Source: Lama glama
Lineage: Eukaryota
NCBI GenBank assembly: GCA_028534125.1
Contig: CM052816.1
Coordinates: 55,926,001-55,990,000 of the forward strand
DNA: 64,000 bases
Direction of reading: 5' to 3'
Part shown: positions 23,810 through 36,074 of the stretch, piece after piece
How the letters are laid out: the number at the start of each line of letters is the position of its first letter
Numbering within the stretch: the stretch's first letter is position 1
Made by a program: the position numbers and the translations under genes
The notes under the pieces: model-generated
Seen by the model: the letters and a program-made list of their open reading frames with translations, nothing else
Told to the model about the DNA's origin: nothing
The model's database searches: none

Positions 23810-24563
23810 TACAATCATGATGGAAATAAGGTGTCTGGTAAATGGAGTTAGTATGCAGTTGTATGCTACACCATGGCCAGTACCACTTGAGTTTAACCTC
23901 CTCACGATCTGAAAGGTGTCTAAAGTTCCATGCACCAGGGAACGTGACCGGGCCTTTGGTGACAATTAACTTGCAGTGGGTTGGGTGTTTTTATGTTTGC
24001 TTTTGCTTGTAATCTCACTGAGCTAAATCAGAGATTTTAAACAGTCTGTCATCGGATAGCTATTGAGTTCCTGCTGTAGGCCAGGCACTGTTCTAGAAAC
24101 GTGTAGGAAATAAACCTAAGTTGTAATGAGTTACATGGTGCCCTCAAGGAACTGTGGCTTAGCCTCATCACACAGCAACCTCAGTATCTTAACTTCTCCA
24201 CGTAACAGTCAGGGTTCTACTGAAGAGGTTTTGGAGCATGTGGCAATTCTATAACCGGGCTAACCACCAATTTCAGAGTGGCGTTAAAGTACAGGGACCA
24301 GCATTTCACTTCCTAACTCCCTAGACTTCTCTTAACCAATAGAGGATTAGAAGGAGAGACCATACTACCTCAGAAGAGCTCAAAGAACTGTCCCGTTCCC
24401 TGCTTGCCAAAGCCTCACCTCCGTCGTGGTGCCTCATTCATTCCATTCAAGGTCAGGGGACTGTTGGCAGGGCTCTGGAGTGTGTGACTGTTAGCGAGGT
24501 GGTGGGGGTGAGCAGGGGGTTTGGGACAGGAGGTGCCTGAAGAGGGACAAAAAAATTTGTACA

Positions 24564-24703
24564 GGGAGGGAGGGGATAGCTCAGTGGTAAAGTGTGTCCC
24601 TGGGTTCAATCCCCAGCACCTCCATTAAAGTAAACAAATAAATAAATAACCTAATTACCTGCCCCCAACCCCCAAAAAAAAGTAAGAAAAAAATTTTTTA
24701 AAA
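24564..24703 (+). mobile_element. tRNA-Ala-derived SINE (vic-1-like), internally deleted, in the GCNT4 3' UTR
   Basis: A-box TAGCTCAGTGG, B-box GGTTCAATCC, (AAAT)n, CCTAATTACC motif and A-tail shared with the copies at 52.5, 53.7 and 61.6 kb. Confidence 0.88.
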
Positions 24704-25923
24704 GATTTAGATGACTTTTCCATCATGTTACTCTGTGGTGTCATGAATGGCCTCCTTTTGAATTCGGCTGTTTCTTTAAAACACATTTACGGATTAAAAA
24801 TAAAAACTGATTAACAAATTCACAGCTTCACACGCTAGACCATTCAGCCTAAGTCTTTCAATTCGTAGATTATCATGATATGTAAGTTTTTAACAGTGGA
24901 ATCAGCGTAATTTTGTTTTGTGGAACTATCAAGCTAAGAAGTCACTGAGTTTTCTTGAAAAGGTTGGGTAAAATAAGGCAGCTTTCTAAATTAACTATTG
25001 AGGTTATTAGAAAATGTTTCCTCTCCAGCAACTGTCAGGTGGAGTCCAAATGTAAAATTATAAGAGCTCTAAGTTCATTGCGGTCTTTTCAGCTTTGATC
25101 CAAGAGAGAAAGCTCATTTTAGGAAGGACACTGAGAGGATATTCATTAATAATATTTTGTAATACCAGCACCTTAGAAAACCACCAAATGAGTCAAAATA
25201 CACATATATTTTCATGTAACTGTTGTGCTGGAAGTGAAATGGGACAGGAGTGGGATCCTGAGGACAGGCTACAATATTGTTACGTCTCTTGGGAAATCAT
25301 GGAACTCATGGGAAAATTTCTCAGCGATCTTAGGTTTCAGTAACTACATAAAGATGTAGTCATGAAGGCCAGCATGAGACTGTTCGGAAGACTGAAGTAT
25401 TCAAATGTGTTTTTAAACATCTGTGTTCTACGTGTGAAATGCATTTTGCTCATTTTAAAGTTTATGATGACTGACTGCCAAATGGTACCACTTCTCTCTC
25501 CCTTTCTTCTTCTCGTGAATGCATTTGTTTTCCCTTTTTTTCCCTACCTGCTTCCAATCACCTGTTCGTTGGTGTGTGTGACCGTGACAAGCTAATCACG
25601 TTGGTCTCCAGGAGCCTCAGTTTTCCTGGTCTATAAAGTGTGCGCTTGGAGGTGTCCTGGCTTCCTTACACGTTGATATGTAAGAATCAATTGAAATAAT
25701 ATCGGAAGTGGTTTGAAAATAGGGACAACTGATTGAAATATCAGTGAGCAGTCTTATTACGAGACAGGCATAGATCCAACCCCCTTGTAACACTTACCCA
25801 TTTCCCTTTTCTGAAAAACCTTTGAAATACAAAAAGAAGGCACAATTGGAGGGGCAACTTCTGTAATGGAATCCAGGTACCAGGAAACCTTGTCACCACA
25901 TTTGGGTTGTTTTCTCTTTCTAA

Positions 25924-26001
25924 TTGAAATATAGTTGATTTACAATGTTGTGTTAGTTTCTAATGTACAGCATAGTGATTCAGTTTATATATACATATGA
26001 T
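25924..26001 (-). mobile_element. Very short L1 3' terminus in the 3' UTR
   Basis: TTGAAATATAGTTGATTTACAATGTTGTGTTAGTTTCTAATGTACAGCATAGTGATTCAG; flanked by TCTTTCTAA (25915-25923, 26002-26010). Confidence 0.8.
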
Positions 26002-27042
26002 TCTTTCTAAGCCAGCAGGATTAGCAAAGTGGTCCAGTGGCTTAGATCAGGAATAGGGGCAGAAATACTTTTCCTACCATCCAGGCTTAAATACCCAAAG
26101 TCCTGTTCAAATCTTGTTTTTTATGCTGTTGGTAGTTAGAATGAATGTAAATGCCAAAAAATGGTCCAGTGTCTTGCCTCTAGGTGAGAAATGATTCTAT
26201 CCCTTGTTTATTGGGAAATTTTCCGGTTAATGGCTTTAATGCCATATTCAGATGACATGTGGCTCCATGAAGAGGTGGCAGTGCCTTCTTTCCATGGATA
26301 CATTTCTTGGGATTCAATCCCTAACATTTCAGGGAGCTTGTCAGATCACTCTCCTGCCTTGGGAATCCTGTCGATTCCCTGCATGCCTTCAGACCTCCTT
26401 CAAACCTGATTCTTCCCTAAAACCTTTGGTATGATTGTCTCTAGTCTAGAGAATGTTCTGCTGTCTGTGTTTTGTAATTATTCTTTACATAGTATTTATT
26501 GAATCTCGACTCTAAGTTATTTGGCAATGAGACCAGGACCTTGGAGTTTGTAAATTATATTAGATAATATTAATAGTGAGAGAGCTACCCAAATAGATCT
26601 ACCTGATGTGAAAAAAATCTACTGTAATATTATAATATTTAAAGACCTGTGTTGCTGCTATTTTTAATGGTTTGATTATTTTAAGTGAAATATATATATA
26701 AATAAAATGTTTAAATTTAGGGAGTTTAATTTGAAGATTTCTTTTGCCTTCCAGAATGTGAATATTATACATACATATATATTTTGACGTATTGCATAGA
26801 AAACAGAAATGACAATCTTTAAGACAGAAAAGTGAAAGTACCCAAGTATGTTATAACTGTTTTTGTTGGTGGTGATGATGGAATGAATTTTGATTTTGTC
26901 AACTGGTCTCTAAATCTCTTACTAGTCTTGTTTGGTTTTATCATTTTTGAAAGACATATTTCCCATTAAATGAGTTTTAAGTAGAATGGTGTTGCATTTT
27001 TGGATTATGCTGCCATTAGATGCTAATTCTCCAACACTGTAA

Positions 27043-27048
27043 AATAAA
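27043..27048 (+). terminator. GCNT4: Candidate distal polyadenylation signal AATAAA
   Basis: AATAAA preceded by TGTA (27038-27041) and followed by TTTATGATGTTTCCTTTTACTGGTTGT. Confidence 0.45.
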
Positions 27049-29113
27049 ATGGGCTGCAACAACCTATCCCCTGGCATTTATGATGTTTCCTTTTACTGGT
27101 TGTACTGGTTCCCCACAAAGACTCTTTCAGTTGACGACACTTGCCCAGTATTTGAAGAGCACAGTTAATTTCACTTCAGAATTAAAAACAAACAAAAAAT
27201 TCAGTGTGTGTACTCTACACAGAATATAGGCACACAAACTTGAATTCATTTGGCAAGGTCTCAAAGAATCTTCCAAGATTTCTCTGTCTTCATTCTCCTC
27301 CAGATTGGTTTCTCCTTGACGATTAATTATCTAGATAAATCTTGTTTACTTGATTACTTCTAGGAAGTTTGTTCTCAATAGCATATGTTGAGCTCTTTAT
27401 CTCACATCCCTCAACCCCTGGAAAATCCAGACTCTTTCTGAACCAGGACGCCTGCCTTGGTTGTGAGCCCCGAGGACACGAGGACCCTGGCTCCGCTGGT
27501 ATCTCAGGCTCCGCTGCTGAGTGATTCTGGGTGAGCTTCCCTCTGCTGGGGTCACACCATCTAATCCAGCTCTCCTAAACCGAGGTGTATCTGTCATCAC
27601 TGATCCTCACGCCCCCACCCCTGCTCTGACAGTCAGTTTTCTTCTGTCACCCTTTTCTTCTTGTCAGCCATAACAGTCACCAGCCTTCCTGGCTGGCAAA
27701 GAGTATGCATGTCACACTCATAAGTCACAATCCATCTCAAGGAGTAAAGCCATTTTGGAAAACTTTAACATAAAAAAATTAACATCTACTTTAACCTAAG
27801 GTTAATTCTAGGTCTTAACCAAGCTGGACAACCATGCAAATCCACAGTCATCTCATGAAAGAATTTTGGCTGACTTTGGTGGTGATGGTGGTGGGGTGGG
27901 TAGGTGTGCAGTGAGTGTCATATTGAAGACTTACAGGCTCGATTCCCAGATAAGTAATTCCATATTTTTAAAATTCCCTTTGGTGTCAACAAGTCTGCCT
28001 CTAAACTAGGACAACTGGCTTCTAGTTTCATGAAACTGATTATGAGGAAACCCTGGCAAGAGAGAATAGATAATTGCAAATTTTATTCCTACTGCTGGGA
28101 GAAAATTCCTATGATGCAGCATAACAAACCGTTTGAGCTTTGCTTCAGAGACAGATGAGTGTGTCAGCCCACGAGGGTGCATGAAAACCACAGGAAGACG
28201 ATTGACCTGAGCTCAGGAATGGCCTTCACAGAGTCGCACCATCCTTCCTAGGAGCATCTTGGACTGAGTCACAGAGGACAAATCGCCAGCTAAGAATCTG
28301 AGAAAAAATCATGCTCAGTGACCTGGGTACATTTATTATACCTTTTTGGTTTTGCTCCTGTTTCTTATAGAACAATAAAGGAAATTTAAACAGAAACCAT
28401 TTGGATTTATGTTTCTAACATCCTGACCAAGCCATATAGTTCTCTGAATGCTCTTTTAATCTTATCCATATACATTTTTTGTCTCTTCCCACTGCCAGTG
28501 TATTTCCAGTCACTCTCCCATGTTGCTACATGATCTTTATGGTATCGAATGGCCACACCATCATTCACTCAGCCCTTCCTTTATTGTAGGACATTTGGAT
28601 TGTAAACTACTTCTTTCTGTCGTAAAGGTGCTTTATACAGAAAAGCTTCTCTTTTCCTTCAGTCACTTCCTTATGATGTATTTCTAAGGAATGACAATCC
28701 TGAAGAGGATGGATTTCTTTTTTAACTTACTGCTTGTCACATATGCTGTGAATCCCCCTCTCAAGGAGCTGTATAGGACCCTGGGCTGTGTATATCAACC
28801 GCAGCCTCAACCGATGTGAAATAAGTTGTATTTATTTATTCTGATCAATTGTCATTTTGATTCTCAAAGGTAAGCAAAGACCTTTGCCTAAAGCAAGGAT
28901 GTAGCCGTTCCTCTAACAGATCAGAGAAGGTGTTTAATGTATGGTGAGTGGCGAGCTCTTTGAGAAAAGTATTCTCAAAGGTTAAATTTTGATGACCAAT
29001 TCCATTCCAGGAAGGATCTAAAAGCTGCTGGTTCCTTCCAATATCCATTCTCCCTGGTTTCTGTGGTTTTATTCTGAGCAACAGTAGGACCAGATAATTC
29101 CTAGCCCTCCTTT

Positions 29114-29601
29114 TGTTAACCAAAGTTTCAGAAATGGAGACCTGTGTGAAATAAAGAGGCATTTACTGAGGACTCGTTAGGGCTGTAGTCGGGGAGACAC
29201 AGATTCAAGAAGCACTTGATTTATGTTCCGCCAGACTACAAAATGAGGGAGGCTTATCAGGGCAAGAAAACCACAAGTTTACATAAATTGTTTTCATGAA
29301 TTAGGATTGGAGCTGGCAAGAAGGAAGAGTGCTTGTTAAGCAAGGGTTTGTTGGGGTCTGACATGATTACATAATTGTAAAGGACTTTGAAATGACAAGG
29401 TTGCAGCTAGGAGCTCCTAGCAGATAATGCTTTGAAAATGGCAGGTGGTGTCCTTGAGTTTGATACAGTTCAGAGAAAATTCAAGTTCTCAGTGATGTAG
29501 GAGATCGTCTCAGACAACATCCATGGTGGCCACCAGCTCCACTGTGGATGCCTGAACCACAGTTACTCTGTTTTGATCTTTAAAATGTCATCACTTTCAA
29601 C
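29114..29601 (-). mobile_element. Probable ERV solo LTR
   Basis: Begins TGTTAAC, about 490 bp, with LTR-like antisense layout (GGGAGACACAGATTCAAGAAGCACTTGA...GGCTTATCAGGGC). Family not assignable. Confidence 0.5.
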
Positions 29602-29949
29602 TAGAGGTGGCAAATGAGAAAAAGCAGAAGTTATTGCATGGGGCATCTGAGAATGCACATAAAATGTGGCTTACCCATCTTGGCTTCCCCCGCCTCCCTT
29701 ACATTTTCTCACTGCCTGGACAGTGTTTGTAACAGCTGGAATTTCAGCAGCCATTTTAAAACCATGAGGATGCAAGTTATAAGGCAAGCATAGACCAAAA
29801 ATATGACACTTGAACCATCCCAAACTGCCTACCTCCAGTTTTCTTTTATGGGAGGAAAAAAAACTAACATGTGCTTTAAGCTACTATTATCTCAGTTCTC
29901 TGTTACTAACCGCTGAACGTGAACCCTAACTTACACAACTTTTCTAGAA

Positions 29950-30130
29950 CGGCAGTTTTCAAACTTTGCCCCAGAGGGCTTGTTAAAACACAGATTGCTC
30001 TTCTTCCCCCTCCCGCTCTTTTGAAGTGGGGTTGGGTGGGGGTGGGGGGTGAGGGAAAGGAGAATTTGCCACTTGAACAAATTCCCAGATGAGGCTGATG
30101 CTGTTCTGGGCACACTTTGAGAAACCACTG
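29950..30130 (-). mobile_element. MER5A
   Basis: CAGTTTTCAAACTT...GGGCTTGTTAAAACACAGATTGCT...AACAAATTCCCAGATGAGGCTGATGCTG...CACACTTTGAGAAACCACTG. Confidence 0.82.
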
Positions 30131-31734
30131 TTAGAGTATATTTCCTGAAAATTATTTCTCCCACATTGTAAACATTAGGCCAAACATTGCAATAAACATA
30201 CATACCTTCAGATCCTAAAACACTGGGCTCAGAAGTCCAGAAATGTTGTATGCGCTTCGCCTTACACGCTTTCTTTGCATTTTTGAAGAGCTAGTTATCT
30301 ATATTTTCTGAATAATGACCGAAGTTGATGCCTTTCCCTAACTATAGTTCCTCTTTAAGTTATTTTCAACCATATTGCTGCCTTATTTGGGGCTGTTTTA
30401 TAAAACGTATAAAAACAGATGAATTTAACCTGAAGTGGTAAAGTCTCAAGTTCAGACCTATGTGTTAATCCTGTTAAAGATACATGCTGGGGAGGTGGGC
30501 TCTACCCAGATGGAATTTGGCATGAGCATTTTAATCCGACAAACACATCGAAACAGAGAGCCTTGCCATTCTACCTCTCCGCTTTTCCGAGCCATTACAG
30601 GAATGTCAGTATGAAATAGATACAGAGTTATGTGTCATCTCATAAATGCTTTCAGGTTTTTACTTCAACCATGTGTGGATACTCAAAAAAATCTGGAAAC
30701 TCAGCAAAATGTATCTGCCTAAGGGAAATGTGTTTCCATTTTTTAGAGTATTTTTAATTATTTTGTTTTGAATAGCAACATGGAACAGGGAAGTTTCTTT
30801 GTAATTTTTTCACCCATTACTTAATGTAGTCCTAGTGGTCACTGATTATCAGGGTCATTATTAATCCAGTTTTACAGATAGTTTCACGAACTGTCGGTGA
30901 GGAGACCACTTGTACAGGAAAAGGGAATCCAACGTGGAAAGAGTGAAAGGGATCCCCAGGGTGCTGGTGAAGGGCCATCCCAGGATGCCAGCTGGGTGCC
31001 AACGGGGCCATGGCCGGCTCAGACTGGAGTCGGTCAGGCAGGCCAGAGAGCTTTAGATATTTTTTCAAGATGATCAATGTGTGGAATACCTCATAAATCT
31101 GAATGCATGATTTAGAGGCAAGTTAGACCATTGGAGAATTAGGGACTGAATGGATGTCTATGGGAAAAAAACTGTGAACTCAAGGAGAACAAAGAGTTGT
31201 ACAGCTGTGGCTCAGCCGGAGATGCTGCTTACATAGTCATAACCATAATGTTAACCATGTAATATTTAACCAGGTAAATGCTAACTGTTGACCTAATCAG
31301 CGGGGTGCTGATAAAACTTACTGGGAACTTGGGGAGACAGAAAGGGTGAATACGTGGGGTGGGGAGGGTGGGTGTGTGTGACAGCATCACAGTCCCCTTC
31401 CGTGATGGGACTCCACAGACGATGCCTAGAACTGAAACAGCAAGCATAGCAGCGTAAGGCCGTCATTCAAACACGGGCCAGTGAAGCCAAAAGGACGGGT
31501 TCAGAGGGTTGAAACCAGTTTCTTCTGAGCAAAGGAAATGGGGGAGGAGATGGAAACTGCTGTTTGTTTTCAACAACCCTTGCAGCTCCATAAACTTTAA
31601 ATAAAAACGGGAGAAGTGGGTGGTGGTGGTGGGGAGGCACTGGGAAGGAAGAAGACACCATCTGTGGTCAAAGAGTGATTGCAATCTAACAGTGTGTGCA
31701 AATAACCAGAAACCTTATAAGGGTAGCTATTGTT

Positions 31735-32165
31735 ACTGTCTGCCCAGCCCTCCCCCCCGGTCCCCTCCCGAGTCTTCAGAAAGCAGCCCTCCTGGTAACA
31801 GAGGTGGTCATTATGGGCCCTCACAGCCACAGTGGCCTAAGCAGGGGGCACATGACCTAAGATAGGCCAGTCAGGGTTCCTGGAACTTTCCAAATTCCTG
31901 CCCGGGCATAACAACCTCTTGTTCCTCTCTGATCACAAAACCCAAGGATATGGGCCCAGTTGCCCCACATCTGGACAGGTTTGTACCAGCCAATGAAGTG
32001 AATGTGCCAAAAGGAACAGAGAAGAAGTCGAGGACAAAGAGGGTCCTCAAGGTATTCAAGGCAGTGAATCCAATCTTTGCTGAGACCAGCCCTGCCCTCT
32101 CACCAGTTACACAGTCCAGTTAAAGCCCTCCTTTTGTTTAAGCAAGATTGATTCCACAATAGTCA
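31735..32165 (+). mobile_element. Old ERVL-class LTR (LTR16/LTR33-like)
   Basis: GGGCACATGACCTAAGATAGGCCAGTCAG...CCCTCCTTTTGTTTAAGCAAG pattern. Confidence 0.5.
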
Positions 32166-32204
32166 TAAATACTAATATACAGTTGAAAACCACCAAACAA
32201 AACT

Positions 32205-32760
32205 TTTAAAAAATTTTATTATGGAAAGTTTCAAACAAACACAAAATGGCATCATGAATTCCCACCTTCCATCCCCCAGACTCACAACTATTAACATTTT
32301 GACAGTTTTGTTTCATCTGTATATCCCTCCACCCTTTTTTTCCTTAGAAATATTTTAAAAGAAAATCCCAGACTTTATATTATTTTACTTAGCCCCCGCA
32401 CCCTACCTGTGCTTTATGTGCTGGTCCTGGTGAGAAGTCAGGTGCCAGATAGAAGATTGTTTTGTTCATATTTAAGCCAAATGGAATGCTGTTTTTATAG
32501 GTCAAAAGTGGCCAAATATTGGCAATATTAGATGGCTAATGCTTCAATATGAATCTACTCTAATTGCTAAGGATTCTTTTTTTTTTATAAAACCATCAGC
32601 CATTATCACACTCAGCACAATTAACAATTCCTTCATACCTAACACTGAGTTAATTTTCACATTTTCCCAATTGTATCAAATATGTTTTTGTATCTGCCAT
32701 TTGTTTAAATCAGGATCCAAACAAGGTCTGCACATTGATTTGGTTAAAATAAGTTTTTGA
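32205..32760 (-). mobile_element. Ancient L1MC/ME 3' end
   Basis: AAATTTTATTATGGAAAGTTTCAAACA...CATTTTCCCAATTGT...AATCAGGATCCAAACAAGGTC. Confidence 0.65.
32469..32548. mobile_element. MADE2-like mariner MITE nested in L1
   Basis: CCAAATGGAATGCTGTTTTTATAGGTCAAAAGTGGCCAAATATTGGCAATATTAGATGG resembles the ~80-bp MADE2 consensus as recalled. Confidence 0.55.
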
Positions 32761-32949
32761 AGTGTTCTCACTGTCAGTTGGCACTCTTGTAGGAGCCTAG
32801 AGAGGTGCCATGGAATGGTGAGCAATCCTCAAACAGGAAAAGTCCGAAGAATCAGGTCCCAGCTCCTTGTGTCTGTTATTAGTATACACGCCTATTAAAT
32901 AATGTACCATATATACACGTGCACATGCGTATGTGTACATATCTCACTG

Positions 32950-33135
32950 TGCCAGGCCTGGTGCTCTCTGCTTCACATCCTTTCTGCTTTTATCCTTATG
33001 AAGTGGTTGCCAGTATCATTCTTGTTTTGTAGGTGAGGAAGGACCCCATGGAGGTCGGCTGACTTGCCCCCATCACCAGCTAATACGTGGCAGAGCTGTG
33101 GTTGGAATTTAGGTGTGTGGCTCCGAAGTCCAAGC
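32950..33135 (-). mobile_element. MIR SINE
   Basis: TGTGCCAGGC...GTTTTGTAGGTGAGGAA...TGACTTGCCC...TGGCAGAGCTG. Confidence 0.7.
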
Positions 33136-33869
33136 TCTCAGCTGCTGCACCCGCTCTGTGCTTTATGCTCCAGCCCTGGTGACCAGTCAAGTGCCAGGCG
33201 CATGGCTGTTGTTATTTTATTCCACAAAATACTGAGATCTTGTAGGGAAGAAGGGACCCAGAGCTTGTGGAGGTAAACAGTAAGCCAGGGTTGAAGGACC
33301 GCATCCATGTGACTCAGGGGGGTCGGGGATCTGGGACCATCCATTGCATCTCCTCTCTCCCTAATCGTCCTCGCCCAGGCATTCCTGTTGGAGCCCACCA
33401 GCCTCATTTTCGTGCCCCCCCCCAGAACTGATGACCTCCAGTCTTCTTGCCCTCACTTCCTTACCCCCAGGGGTTATTCCTTTTGGTCTCGCGTTTTATC
33501 TACTTTTCCGCTCAAGTCTCTTTTGACTGCTTCCAACCCCCGCCTCCAAGCTAACCCAAAAAAATCTTCCATTATAACATATTCTATTATAGTGATTTGA
33601 CTAATGGTGGACCCTGAAGCTAATGAATCCAGTATGGGTGTTTCAGATTAAAGGACCCAAGCTCCTCCCCCTGCTGGGTGATCTCAGTCTCTCCGTTCCC
33701 AGTGCATTACCCTTGGGGGATCACAGCAGGCACACCCTCTGTGCTGGCCACTTTGGACTGCTCCGCTGCCATGATGCGGTCAACAGGATGCCCGGCTCAC
33801 ATAGCACTTCCCAGGGAGCTGTCTGCCTCACAAGGACACCAGAAGGGGGGTATTGGGGGGAACGCCCCA

Positions 33870-34172
33870 TCGGTGCTTCTCAGACTTTAATAAGCATACG
33901 AATCACATGTGGATCTTGTTAAAATGCAAAATCTTAAGGTCTAGGGTGGGGCCAAGATGCTGCCTTTCTAACAAGCTAACAGGTGGTGCCAATGCTGCTG
34001 GTCCGTGGGCCACCCTTTGAGCAGCAAGAATCTAGAGCACTGATTCTCAACAGCTGTTGCACTTTAGAACCTTCTAAGATGCTTCTCATTAAGGGAGACC
34101 TAGGTGCAAGGAGTTATAAAAAGCTCCCCAGCAGATTCTAATGAACAATCAGAGTTGAAAACCCCCACTTTG
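33870..34172. mobile_element. Two adjacent MER5 elements
   Basis: GTGCTTCTCAGACTTTAATAAGCATACGAATCAC...TTTCTAACAAGCT...CACCCTTTGAGCAGC, then TGATTCTCAAC...AAAGCTCCCCAGCAGATTCTAATG. Confidence 0.7.
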
Positions 34173-34371
34173 GAGGCTGAAGCAGCAGCAGGAGTTGGGT
34201 GGCCAGTTGAATGAATCACTGGCCAAGTGGAAGAAGTAGGGGTGGGCGCAGGAAGGAGGGGCTCCTGGCTTGTAAGCGTCTTCATTCCGTGTGCTTCCTG
34301 CCTCTCCTCGCTGTCCCTTACCTTTTCTCTCTCTTTTATTTCCTCCCTACCAATCCGTCCACTTCCTAAAT

Positions 34372-34740
34372 CCTCATCTCAATGAGAAAAAAGCTGAACA
34401 AACAGAAAATCAACAGCTCTTCTTAGATCACTCCGAGAACTGAGGAGACGAGGCTACCATCACCCTGAAAACTGAGAGAAGATACAGAGAACGACAGCTT
34501 ACCAAGGGGCACGCGTCCACCATTGGAGCCAGTGGGATGACTTCAGCCGTAAGTGACAAATTGCTGAAGGTTCAGGGCGGACAAGCTTGAGAATTAAAAA
34601 TTCCAAGGGTGGGGGTGGGGGTGGAGGTGCTTCTAGGGAACCTCTGCTCTGTTTATTTTCTGAAGCCCTGTCAGATTCTCAGGGTGCAGACTGAGGAAAT
34701 GTCCCTTCACAGTTCCAGAAGGGAGAGGGGAAAAGCTGTG
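34372..34740 (+). mobile_element. Ancient L1M 5'-region fragment
   Basis: AAAAAGCTGAACAAACAGAAAATCAACAGCTCTTCTTAGATC...GAGAACTGAGG. Confidence 0.5.
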
Positions 34741-34939
34741 GCTTCTAGGAAATAAATCTTTCTGAAAAAGCTGCTGGAATTAGAGAATAACCTCAAAATC
34801 GAGCAAGCGTGCAATAGCATACAATGCTCGGTGCTGGGGACTGAGGATGAATAAGACTGGCTCTCTTGTTTCCAGGAGCTCATGGTCTAGCGGGAAATGC
34901 ATCTGTACATACAACAGTGCCTCCTTGAGACTGAGGGTT

Positions 34940-35465
34940 ACTGCCCATCACATTTTATCTCCGCTTCTTCCGTTGTAATCGAACTCTCCTTTTTAGCTGA
35001 GCACGTGCTCCCCAGAATAAAGATTACATTTCCCAGCCTCCCTGGCAAGGCAGGTGTAGTCACATGAACAAGTACTGGCCAGTGGGATGTGGTGTCCTGA
35101 CACTGAGCATACATCCAAGCCCTCACCACCGCAACTCTGAATATGACCTCATTTGGAGAAAGGGCTTTTGCAGAGGTAAGTTAGGAATCTGGCGGTGAGA
35201 TCACCCTAGAAATGAGAGGCAGCAGCTCTCCATTTCCCCTTTTCTCTTTTCTACTGGCTGGAAAGCAGGTGTAATAGTGGGACCAAAGTAGACATCTTAG
35301 ACTTAAGAAGGAAGCCTCGACCGAGGACCTGGGTTTCTGATGACTGCAGAGTCACCCTAGCAGCTGACATTTATGTAAACTGAGAGAGAAATAGATTTCT
35401 AATTGGTTAAGACTTTGTGATTTTTGGATTTCTGTCTCTTATAAGAAGAACCCTTTACTAACATG
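34940..35465 (+). mobile_element. MLT1 (J-like) MaLR LTR with an internal MLT1B/C-like fragment
   Basis: AAGATTACATTTCCCAGCCTCCCTGGCA...CACATGAACAAGTACTGGCCAGTGGGATGT; insert GAATATGACCTCATTTGGAGAAAGGGCTTTTGCAGA. Confidence 0.55.
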
Positions 35466-35805
35466 TGTACAAATTAACCACGATAAATCTGTTTCTTTTT
35501 CGGCTTCTCATAAATATTCAAAATCCAAAACAATGTATTAGGTAAGTTTATTTCACTTGGAATAACATAGAATCTCCTTTAAACGGTCAGGAAGGCCCTG
35601 CGCGATCTGACCCCTGTCTCACTTGTCCAGTCTCACCTCACCCCTCTTCTCCCGCGTGTCGCGGGTGTACTGCAGCCTTATGCCTGCGTTTTTTTCATTC
35701 CACAGATACCTTGTGAGGACCTGAGTAGGCACTGGGCACACAGGAGCAAAGAGCAGGGGCAGAACCCACCCTTACAGGGGCCCCTGCTGTTCCCTCAGTC
35801 TGGGG

Positions 35806-36012
35806 CGGGGCTGTCCAACAGAGCTTCCTGCAGGGATAGAAATGTCCTGTGTCTGTGCTGCCCAGTATGGTAGCCACTAGCCGCATGTCGCTATTGAGTG
35901 CTTGAGATGTGGCCAGTATGTCTGAGAAACTGAATTTTTAATTTCACTTGATCTGAAATCAGTTTACATTTAAACAGCTATGTGTGACTAGCCACTGCTG
36001 CCAGGATGGACG
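35806..36012 (+). mobile_element. MER3 (hAT-Charlie)
   Basis: GCTGTCCAACAGAGCTTCCTGC...ATGGTAGCCACTAGCCGCATGT...GAAACTGAATTTTTAATTT. Confidence 0.82.
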
Positions 36013-36074
36013 GACAAAGCTTGGCCACACTGCTCCCTGGCACACATGGCTAATTCCTTGGGGTGGTTTGAGGA

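Larger units (their letters stand above)
23810..27075 (+). other. GCNT4: Probable GCNT4 3' UTR (end uncertain)
   Basis: AT-rich sequence after the stop with AATAAA at 24109, 24637, 24641, 24799, 26701 and 27043; the last is followed by a U/GU-rich tract (27077-27110). Confidence 0.5.
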
